A DNA stretch of 63,993 nt, counting the filler, from Catajapyx aquilonaris (taxonomy: Eukaryota): NCBI GenBank assembly GCA_000934665.2. It is 3 parts of 3 records of this genome, joined end to end, with 100 filler letters (N's around TTAATTAATTAA, not from the genome) between each part and the next. Parts side by side here need not be neighbours in the genome. Positions count along the whole stretch, not along the records: positions 21,595 to 43,422 come from KZ539462.1; 2 more parts are not named here. One strand, 5' to 3'. A program made the position numbers and the translations under genes. The notes below the pieces were generated by a model. It did not search any database. It saw nothing but the letters and a program-made list of their open reading frames with translations, and was not told where the DNA came from. Positions 26,101-38,200 of this stretch are shown piece after piece. The stretch's first letter is position 1. Every line of letters begins with the position of its first letter.

Positions 26101-29100
26101 GAGGAATAGGACGGACAAGAGGCAGAGCTACTCCTATGCCCTCCTCTGGTTTCACCATGATGCCACCAGGAATGACGGCACCAGGAATTACCCAACCAGG
26201 AATGACCCCACCAGGAATGACCCCACCAGAAATGACCCCACCAGGAATGACCCCACCTGGGGTAACACATCCTGGAATGGAGAGTACAGGAATGCCACAG
26301 GCAATGATGTCGCCACCAAAAAAAATGCAAAGTGCCACCCCACCTCCTGCAAGTCCCACCCCATCTCCTTCACCTCATGCCCCTGGCAGGGGTCCCCCTC
26401 GTTCTTCCCAGCCGCCATCATCTCCAACCCCATTCATTCCCAAGCGCTGCTGCCCGCCGAAGCGTACGGGAATTGGCAAATTGGGTCGTCCCATTACATT
26501 GGATATCAACTTCTTCCGAGTGAATATAAAACCACCAGATGTGATCTACCATTATGATGTTGACATGGTACCAGACTTACCAAAGAGGATGCTGAGATAT
26601 GCCATGAAGCAGGTGGTGGATACGAAGGCTCCATTTAGAGGAATTGCTTTTGCATTTGATGGAAGGAAGAATGGATACACTGCTAAGCCAATCCCAATAG
26701 ATGCTGCTGTAAGTGTTACTCAGCTTCACATTCATTCAGGTGTCACATTTGAGAAAGTTAGTTGGTGTGGTAAGTTGTATGCTCTTTTGTGGTAGTAGAA
26801 AGACAGATTAACAAAATAGGTGTTCTAGTTAAATTGCACAACATGGGTCGACAGCACTGCAATGCCAAGAGGGGAAAAAACCCTATATACAAAACTGATA
26901 GGGACGAAAGTCATGTGCAGACCCAGCATCCATCCTCGTGGTCAGTGAATTTTCTCTCAGAGCAGACCATGATCGTGCCCTTGTTTTTCTTTAATATGTT
27001 GCTGAAAATTAGTAATAATAACTTAGTGTAAATCTGAGTTTCTACAAATGTCTATCTGATTACTGATGGGGGAAAACTGCTTTTCACTTTTGCGTCAGAT
27101 ATAATTAGCTATGATTGCAACAGAAAATCTTGGCCCACAGTCGATCTTGGAGTAGATGTTCGTACCTGGTACCATAATTGGGAGTTACTTAATTTTTGTT
27201 ATGAGTTTGTGTCATGTCTTCTCATAACTGCCTCCTCTTCCCTTGCTCCCCCTTTCTCCCACTAATGTAAAGGTCTGAAAGAGAGTGGTGGGGGATCAGT
27301 GGGGTGGGGGCTGAGGAACTCTTCTCTCTCAGGTCCCTGTTACTTGCAGACCTGCGGTACAGTACAAGGATGTTGGTTTGTCACAGGATTTATTTTTTTG
27401 CATACAGAGAGAAAGGGGGGGAGAGGGAGAGGGAGGGAGAGAGAGAGAGAAGCATAAAACACTTACAGTACTCACAAAATATTTTCATCCTGCATCTAAT
27501 ATTCTAATGAATTGAGGGAGACGGAGTGGCGCCACGGTAACGTGGCCCACGGATGTTAAGGTCCCTGGTTCCATCCCAGCCCGGGGACACCCCCTTCATC
27601 TCGTGCAGAGTTCATTGGGTCACCTCTGGCTTCGTCTCGGGTGGTATTTCCTACAGACTAAACCACCCGGGGGAGTTCACTAAAAATGGCCACCGCGTCA
27701 GATGCACTGCACTTTGCGCATCCCCTCCTGTCATCCTGCCCGTGGACCCGGGCGCTTCAAAAATAGGATTCCCAAAATTGTATACCATCACAATAAAGGT
27801 CTGGCAGAAGACCCCTTTGGGGTTAGCCTAATACCCAATCAATTATCAATTATTATTATTATATTCTAATAAATTAATGAAGCATAGTGTATGATCTTAA
27901 TTTTAAAGCTTCTCAATGTGTGAAAAAATGTGCAGTGTATCTCACAATGTAGTGGGGTCATTCATTCCAGGTCAATTCACTGAGCCTTTAAGTTGAATTG
28001 GCCCTTGGGTTGTCAGACCAAGACGAAAAAACAGCGGATCACTTTCATTACGTCCTCCAAGAGTACTATATGCGTGGTTTTGCGATTTACCCCCAGTTTT
28101 TGGACTTACACCCACTGAAAAAAAAACAGCCTTTTCGGAAGGCAGGGTGTCAAAAATTGGCCATATCTCGTGAACCAAATCAGCTACAGACTTCGTTGAC
28201 CACTATTTGAATGGGAGTGTTGTGGCTCTTGGGTTTCATGAATGATTAACTGTGACATGGCATAACACCCTCTTTTTCCCTCTACAGTTTTCTGATACGG
28301 TGCCAGTTTATGATGAAGAACGAGAACATGATATGAACTTTAAGGTGACGGTGAAGCTGGTGAGCAGACTCAACTTCAAGGACGCCTTGAATTACATGGT
28401 TACTGCTCAGGATGGAGGAACAGGCAGCACTGCATCCCCACCACAGGATGTGGTGCAGGCGATGGATGTCGTTCTTCGGCATGCCAGGGGATTCCAATTT
28501 ACACCAGTTGGACGGTCCTTTTTCTCGCCACCAGAAGGCAGGGTCATTGACCTTGGAGATGGGATGGAGCTCTGGCATGGGCATTTCCAGAGCTTGCGCC
28601 TGGAGTGGAAGCCTTTCCTCAATGTAGATGGTGAGGTGTTCTCTTACTCTGAGCCAGAAAGGAAAAGCCCAGAGGAGATTTTACCCCCATGAACTTGGAT
28701 CACCCTGTATATAAACTTAATGGGATGATAAGGATATGCCCCTGCATGTTCACAGTTTTGATATTGACCAGAAGTCTCATGCAGTCAGAATACTGGTGTT
28801 GTAGTGACTGTTTTTATGTAATCGCTCTATTCTGTGTTGCATACTTCACAATGCAAATGTACTAAATGACAATTTTTTCTTCAGTGGCCCACAAAGGATT
28901 CCCCAAAGGAGTGCCAGCACTTCAATACATGTGTGAAGTGCTTGGGATGCCAAATTGTCCTACATATCTGGAGGGTAGGGATAGAGACAAATTCCAGAAA
29001 AACATCACAGGTCAGTAACTTCCAAGTACGTGGTGTTCAGTCCTTAAAGGAAGGGTTCAGTGATTTTGTATGTTGGGCTTCAGAAATCAAGCAAAACTCT

Positions 29101-32100
29101 CTGATTCTGAATATCTCGTCCATTGTGGTAGCAAATGCACCTTAAGAGTCAAATGCTAAGTCAAAGTTGATTTTTTTTAAATCAGCGCCGAATCGGCGTT
29201 CCCTGTAGCGGTGAGTAGGGAAGCTCCGAAGACAAATAAAGATGGCCGCCCCCATAGCGACAAACCACGTGCATGTCAGGTTTTTGTGTTTTCGACCCGA
29301 GCAGAACGGATGGTGTGGTTGGTTAGGTTAGGTTAGGTGCCTTCTGCCTGGGTGCCAAGGGCCATGGGAATGTAGGGGAGGGTGAGAAGGGGAGGACAGA
29401 GGGAGGGCGAGTGATTGGACCATGCGGCCGAGTGATGCCTATGGCAGGATACTTTCGTACCAGTTCGAGACTTACCCAGATGGGTAGTGTCGCGAGGTAT
29501 AATCCAGAGGGAGACGAGGAATACATTGCCCACATCTAGGCCACATGTGATAGCATCGGAGGAAGGGCTAAGTGATCCATCCACTTCCTAGTTCAAAAAT
29601 TGACTTCACGGCTAAGCCAATCTCATTGGGTTGTCGGCCGGCCCAATGCAGGTTACCGGGATCTTTGCTGGCAGCACTATCTACTTGATATTACTGTAGC
29701 GGATTTTGACTTTCACCTGTTGGGATTTGCTTACGTGGTGTCAGATTCAAAAACCGACCACATTTTTGGAATCAGGGAGGCTTCCTTGATCTTTGAAGCC
29801 CAACATGCAAAATGACTGCACCCTTCCTTTAAGTACTTTTTAACAAGTGTGGTGTAACCAGCAACAAAAACTCGCATGCTTTTATCGAGAATGTGGTGTT
29901 GGAAACTGTGCTACAGGTCAATTTCATTAGGTTTGTTCTGTGAAATTATTGTAATGTAACTTTTTAATACTGAAGCAGTTTGGAGGAGGGGATATGGTGT
30001 CCGACTACTAATCGGGAGGTCCTGGGATTAAATCCTGGGGCCAGCAACTCTGACTGTGGTTTTCTGTGGTTTCCCACAGTCCTTCCAGGAAAATTTCAGA
30101 GTTGCTTCCGAAATTAATAGGCCACAGCCGCTTCCTTCCATCCCTATGCTATCCCAAAGAGCACAGTAAAATGAAAGCAAAGAGTTCCAGGCAAAACAAA
30201 CTTCCCCCCTAAAGAGCCGATGGCTGATAACGGGGTATGAATTTGAATTTTTTAAATTGAACTTTTTAACGTTATTAAGACGGGAGTATCATATGCTGAT
30301 ACGCTGGCTTAAAAACTCGAGCGTTTTCCCACTATGTAACGTGGTCTCGTGGCTTTTTTATTTTCTCTCGGTTAAAAATTCATCAAGAATTTTTGACTAC
30401 AAAATCTTATATAAATAAACCAGATTAACTAGAATGACATCTTTTTGCGGCCGCTGAAAAAAGCACTTCCCCTTGCTTCCCTCCCAAAAAAATTATGACC
30501 TTGGCCGGCAAATTTTGGCATACATAGTTGACCCTAAACCTCAAGAGATTCCACCCAAAAATTAGTGCTAAATATTATTAGGTTTAAAAAATAAATAGCT
30601 AATACAATGGTGTTATGCTTAGCACCGCAGCCTTCCACCTCTGAGGTCCCGAGTTTGATCCCCAGGTCGGAGGAAGGACACTTACGTGGATAGAGTTTTG
30701 ATGGGTTCTCTCCGTATTCGCGTGGGTTTTCTCGCGGTTCTCCTGTTTCCTCCCACTATCAAAATCCATCATAGAGCAGGCAATGATTAAAGTCGGGTAT
30801 TTAAAAGATGATCCCCTAAGAGGCCCAAGGAGGCCTATCACGGGGTATCCATTATTATTATTATTTAAAAAACTGCCCGTCTAATTAGGGTTAACATTTG
30901 AAATAGCTAATGCCATCAATGGGTGGTTCAATCCTCCTAGAACGCTCATTCAACAACCCTATTCCAACGTGGCTACTTGCCCATATTTTTAAATTAAAAA
31001 ACGGTAACACATGTAGAGATGAACTTTGCTGAGTTTTGAAGCTTCAGCAATTACAATTTGATCTCACTTGGAGATGGACAACACTGGAGCTTGCTTTCGA
31101 GTGTGGGACAAGTCAGAGAACTATGGCCAGAGCCATGTGTCATCCATATCCACAATCTGTTTTAAAAAACCATCGCCCTCAATGCGATCAAGTTCCAAGC
31201 GAAGGCAAAATGGTGGCACTTTTGCCCCTCCAAGAGATGGTGAGGTACCAGTCAGGATGCCAACTTCCTCTTTCAGTGTCCTAAGCATAGTGCTCTGACT
31301 TGTCCCACACTCCAAAGCAATCTCCTGTGTTGTCCATCTCCGAGTGTCCAGGATGCATCGTCCAACAGCTCCAAGCGTGTCAGGCTGGAGCTGTGTTAGG
31401 ATAATGGTGCAGTCTGGGGGTCATGATCCCCTTATGTTTTCCTGCCTCCCCTGCGATATGGGCGACATCTATATGCCAGATGAAATATTGTAATCGCTGG
31501 AGCTTCAAAACTCAGGGAAGTTTATCTCTGTATGTGTTACCGGTTTTGAATAAAAAATTATGTGCAATGTCTTATGAAACATGTGCAGCAAGACAATCAC
31601 ATGACAACTCTTCATTCCAAAGATTCCCAAAACACTACATACATTGGTTACATAGAAATCATTATCATTCTATCAGACAACAGTAAACTGTCTTATAGGA
31701 CCCTACACATTCATGTTGAATAATTTATATTCAGGTCGTCCCAAAATAATTGCAAAATTTGATTGAATACTACTTGGTTTTTGACCCAATAACTGAAGGC
31801 ATCTATAGAAATCTTCTGTTGCAGTGGTTGGATCCTTGAATGTACATATTGTTTCGCTCAAAAAGATATAGACGATTTTGCATTTGCTTTCAATGCAAAA
31901 TTATCTCCCATCATTTTGAACGATATATAGTACCTATGTCATTCAGGGGATTTCCTATTAAACTAGATAATTATGACCAACAAGGATAAAGCTTATTTGT
32001 GAAATTTTCGGTTGTGTGTTAAATGATTTGCAGTTATTTAAACTGGCCAAGTCAGTGGTAACTTGATGATGGAAATGAAAACCCATAGAATTATTGGAAA

Positions 32101-32175
32101 TGAAATTACTAGAGAACTTCAACAATTTGCATGGAAAATTTATTTTCTCTCCTTTTAAAAAATATTGAAAAGGGT

Positions 32176-32209
<34 letters not shown>

Positions 32210-35200
32210 GAATAATAATAATGGTGATTTCTTCCAATTTTTACTCCTGCACCTTGGCATAGGTCTGAAAGTGGAATATGAACGAGGTGGTTCTAAGCGC
32301 TCCTACCGTGTGGTTGGTGTTGGTAGGGATCCTGCAGCCCAACATAAATTCAAATGTGAGAACAAGGACACAACTGTGGGCGAATTCTTTTCCAAGTCCT
32401 ATGGCATTACCCTGCGTTACGCAGGTCTTCCTTGCTTGCAAGTTGGTTCCAAGGATAAGAACATCTACATCCCTCCAGAACTTTGCAAGATTAAAGCAGG
32501 CCAGGTAAGAACCAGATGGCAGAGCAGCTTTTTATTAACTACATTTTTATTTTTGGATTCTCATGTTGACTAGATATTTCTCAGATAACAGTGTGTAGTC
32601 TTTTGAAATAACTATGTACTAAGTACTGTAGTTTATTTTTCCCAGCTTGACATGTAGCCATTGAGTGGTTCTTTGGAGGGAAGCGGAGTGGCGCTGCGGT
32701 AACGTATGCGCCCAGGGATGTAAGGGTCCCGGGTTTGATCCCAAGCCCGGGCTTTCCCCCCTTCATCTCGTGCAGAGTTCGGTCGTCTCTGGCTTCATTG
32801 CACTTGCACTTTGCACATCCCCTCCTAGTCACCCTGCCCGTGGGGCCGGGCGCTTTGTAAAAGGTTCCAAAAATGTACAAGAACATAATAGTGGTTCCCC
32901 CCCCCCCAAGCCCGAAAGGGTAACTTGGGGCAAACAAATAATAGTAATAATAATTGAGTAGTTCACAGAAACAATATGTTGAGAGGCTGGGTGCAAGAAG
33001 GGATCATCCCACACAAAGTGCATTTTGAGAAATGAAGCTGTACCACATGAAGTACTCCTTACATCCTGGTAGGAATTATTTTTTTTGATGGCTCCAGGAG
33101 CCATCCAATCTCGCAGAGGTTGTGCATGCCACTAACAGAAGGTAGTAGCTACTCAATAGTGGAAAAATATAATTTGTGATCTTTGTGGGAGGGGCTCTTC
33201 TTACACGCAGCCCGTAAATTATATTGGTGAACATTAAAACATAACTAATAAAAGACAGTTCTACAATAAAAGTTGACATGGGCAAGGATGTAAGTCGGTG
33301 GAAATATCCATCGACATAAAACCTTTCCCATGTCAATGCCACAACTGTCCTTGATTAGATGAGGCTATGCAGGGCAGGGGAGCCTTTGGCAGATGTAAAT
33401 CTGGCCTAGAGCAATATTCTTATTCAGTTACTTTTTGGAAATATGACCTGGATGAATTTTTTTCTGACCCTGTGGATTTGAAGCATTTTGTGGAGTTGTT
33501 TAATTTTTAGAGCCATGACTTTGATTTCCATCATGAGGTCATATTTTATGGCTCTGCTACAGGTCACTTTGATCAAGTGTGAAACATTGGCATTGTGAGT
33601 AGTGAGCATAACGAATCTTTTAACTAATAACCTCTCTATTTATTTATTTTTGCCTATACTGTGATCAGAGTTGTGTAAGTAAGAAAGGGTGTATACTGTT
33701 GGTTATTTTGCATGTGTGCAATTTTGAGTTGCAGAGAGATGTTAACCTGAAAACTTCCAAGAACATTTTCCCACTGGTAGTCAAGGTACAGTGCTGGCCA
33801 TATATGGAGGCAACGACTAGCGACATTTTCCCGAAGCGGCAGAAGAAGGAATCGAAGATAAGCATGCTACAAGCCGGGCGAGCAAGATTCCTTCTTCTGC
33901 CACTTCGGAAAAATGTCGCTAGTCTTTGCCTCCATATATGGCCGGCACTGTACTGCCAGCATAGCTCAGAATCATTGGAGCACACAAGCCCCAACTTGAT
34001 AAAGTGGAGATACTATTGGAATGGATCATACTGTGTACACAATTTCACTCCCTATTCTGCCTAGGGCCAATAGAATAGATTTAAGAATTTAATTAAAAAT
34101 TTGACCCTATACCAGCTGGGTGACATTCAATACTATAATTATACTGCCAAGTCTTTAAAAATTTCATATTCATTTTTATCACGTTCCTCACATCTTTGTC
34201 ACCATATCCTTGTGAAATGTCGGACGTTTCAGTGTTCATGAGTGTCTACAGGCTACAGTCTACACAGTACATTTTTTTTATTTGTTAAGAAGAAAAGATT
34301 TAAGTACTAGTCAAAGTGGCTTAAAAATTACGTGGGGTATTTTGATTCAGATAAATTTAAGGGGAACTCCTGGGCTCCCAGCATGTTTCTCGCTCATGTG
34401 GTAGTTGTCTTCATTGTGTTATGTTGTCTGATTATTTAGTGGCTGGATATTTCTGACGAGATGAAGTTTTTCCAAAATGGTTTTCCTAGAAATTCAACAA
34501 TTTTCTTCTAATATGATGCGCATGTACACAGTAATGAAATAGTGCATTTTTCCCTATTGATCAGGTATAAAAACCAAGGTTGTGTGAGCTCCCATATTTT
34601 AAAAGATCATCTCTGGAAAAGAATTACTGCTTGAGTCCATTTTAATTAATTTGATCCAAGTGACATGAATGTACAATTCATGACAGAAGTGACTGAAAGT
34701 CTCTCATGTATCCTGAAATTGCATAGGATTAGCTCATAATGGGGAACTAGCCTTGGTCTGGGATTTGGGATTTTTGTTTATAACTAGCTAGCCCATGCCT
34801 GTAAACACACATTCCATCACTCTGTTGCATCAAAATGACATTACTGGATAAATTACGGCATATTTAAAAGTGCCTTCAAAATTGGCGGGAAAAACGGGGC
34901 AGCTGGGTGGTGCCAATCGAAAGGGTACACTGAAATGCCTGGTTGACTGCGAGATATGAGGAATTTGACTTTGAATTAACCGCGGACACGACGGAAAGCA
35001 TTCGCAAGGCGGCTGTAGGCCATCGAGGTGGAGTAAGGGGGCCTTTATGTGCCGAATTCGGGTGACAGATAATTCCGAGCTGCTGGCATCACTGCCACAT
35101 ACAAAGCGGTTTGAGCGGCCTGGAATAAATACGCTATCTTGCTCACGGAATAGGACGGTTGCTAACAACAGCGAAGCATTTTACGACGATGACGGGGTGC

Positions 35201-38200
35201 GTTCTATAACATCATTTTTGCGTTCATTTCACTTCGACACTTCAACACTTCAACATTTTCGAGGGAAACAGTGACGTCACCATTTCCCTATGAAAAAACG
35301 CCAATATCTCCGGAACTGAAACTGATATCTTAAAATGGAATACGCCAAAAAAATCCAAAAATTAGGGGCGAATTTATTATGTAGTTTCCAAAATGAAGGC
35401 TAGTTCCCCATTCTTCATATTTTTTTTCTTGAAAGCTTTTTTTTTTTTTCTTGGTCGACCTGTGGAAAAGGCCACTTGGCCGATCAACTGTACATGCACA
35501 TCAGTACATAGGAAACAATAATAGCACACAACTGTCTGGAAATAAATGTTAGCATCCCAACACCTGTAAATGTAACCCACCAGCCATCACCGATCCCATC
35601 CCCAATCCAACACCAAATGCACAACCCAGTAGCTAAAACCGAGCACCACCATAACGTAACAATCACAGCATGAGAACCACAAATATCAATGTTGACAGTT
35701 TAATTCGAAAAATTATTCCATTGTGCACGTTGAAAATCTCCTTTTATGTATCGTATTCACAATGTAAATGTGTGTGTTATGCCCTTCAGTACAATTCCCT
35801 CTTACAAGCACAACCATGCTGAACTTCTCTTGGCAGCCAGTGAACCGTAAGATGACTGAGAATCAGACTGCAAGCATGATCAGGCATGCAGCCACTCGGC
35901 CAGATATCCGCAAGCAAAAGATCCTGGAGAAGGTTCGGGCCTGCAAATTTGATCAGGACAGCGTGTGTCGTCAATTTGGAGTGTCAGTGAGTGATCAGAT
36001 GGAGCGGTTGCAAGGAAGGGTCCTCCCCCCACCAACATTGGCCTATGGTGCTCTCCAGAAAAATAACCAGTACAGCGAATCTGAGGTCCCTCGTGATGGA
36101 GTATGGAACATGCGCAGTCATACTTTCATCACTCCCATGAAACTCCATGATTGGGCAGTGTATGACACTGCACGCACATATGATGACGCCCTTAAGTGAG
36201 TTTCCATTGTTTCATGAATTATAGAAAATAGTGGAATTGAGAGCTGGTTTATCACATATTAATCCTTTTGATACCATCGGAAGAAAAAGGCCCATTCATG
36301 AAAGGTTTTCTTAATGTGTGGGGACATGCTCAATCCTAGTTAATGCCTAAGGACTTTTTACTTGGCAAACCACTGCAGTGTAGGCAAAATATTTTGTCAC
36401 TTGCATAAGTGATGTCTACAATATCGTTTTTGGCTCAACTCGCAATAATATAACACATGCATATAACAATTCATATAACAATTTTTAACGCAATATTTTC
36501 CTCTCTGATGTGGAATGAACATGCACTGGCTGGAAGAGCAACTTTCGACGATTCAAACAGTATTTTAAAGTCGAAGATTTTTTATATTATTCCCCTGGAA
36601 AGAGTCTCCGAGGTGAATTTTTTTCCTTAACATGGAGATCACTAGTACACTTATCTTATGTGATGGCAAATTTCTCCTGAGATGGACAGTGTCTGGAGGA
36701 TTAATAATATGCCTTCATTACATAATACTTCACTCGTAGTTTTTTATTGTAGTAGGGTCTTCTTATGCATGCAAGTTAATTCTGCTGTTGGAATGTTTCA
36801 GTAAATTTGTGGGCCAGCTGCGGTCGATAGCCAGAGGCTGTGGCATGGATGTAGCTCCACCAAGGACGGTCATTAAGGGAAACTATGTGGGTAAGGACCT
36901 GCAGCCCATGAAAGGACTTCAAATGGTTCTGGTTGTTCTGAATGATTTTGATAAGGATAAGTATCCAGAAGTGAAGCACGTGGCTGAGATTCAGCTGGGC
37001 CTGTTGACTCAATGTGTCAAGAGGAAAAATGTTATGAAGTGCGACTCTGCCACCATCTCCAACATTTGCCTGAAAATAAACTCCAAGTTGGGTGGAACAA
37101 ACAACTGCTTAATGCCACAAATGCGTCCTGTGGTAAGTTGGGGCATGCAACGAAATAGTAGAGCAATGCATGCTGCTGGGAAATTTTCTCCTCTGAGTTA
37201 GTTTTGCAACTGTTGATGCATTCTCAAAGCAACACAGTACAGTGGACCCTCTGCATCTGCAGGGATTGGTTCCCGGATCTCTTACAGATGCTCTCAAGGC
37301 TTGTATAAAAAGGCTGCATACAATCGACACACAGCCTCCTGGATATTTTAAATCTTATTTGTAGATTACTTATAATACCTAATACAATGCAACTGGTATG
37401 TAAAAAGTAATGTGGTATTATTTATGGAATAATGACAAGGAAAAAAGCCACACTTGTTCAGTACAGATTCAAGCATTGTATGTCTAACTACATAGTACAT
37501 GTCAGTGAACAATGCTGAAACAAGGATTGCTGGAGAGAGACTGAGGATCTCTGATGGGAAATGATGGGACGCTACAGTTCACCCAACAACTTAGACGAAT
37601 ATCTTGCAGCAGTAAGAGACTGGGCAAGACATGGAGTTTTTATCCCATGTGTATGATAATTGCAGAGGTACTATCGGGTTCAAATACTTTTGGCCTCTTG
37701 AGGGGTTCTTTGGAAAAAGGGCAGATATCACTAAAGGTGAATTTCCCAGGAAAGACATAAATGTGTCTGTCTCGGCCATTGCTCACAATGTTAATTTGAG
37801 AATTAGATTTTGATTTGCGACTAGTAGAACTGCCCTTTTGGCTTGAGAATTTTTCCACGTGAGCGTCAGGGTTGCCAGATGAATACTGACGTGGTAGTTT
37901 GAAATTTGGAATTTCTTGACATCTGCCCTTTTTCTAAAGAACCCCTCACTTTATCCTGGTCTTGAAGCAACCCTTCACACACACACGCACACACACACAC
38001 CTCCTGACCTCCACCTCCTTAACGTGGTGTTTGTGTGAAGGGTTGCTTCAAGACCAGGATAAAGTGAGGGGTTCTTTAGAAAAAGACCAGGATAAAGTGG
38101 CCGAAAGTATTTGAACCTGATAGTACAGTGCGTTGTGTCACATGCTTGACATACGACAACTCCTTTTTCTCATTCTGAGTTATTGCATTGAGTCCTCTGT

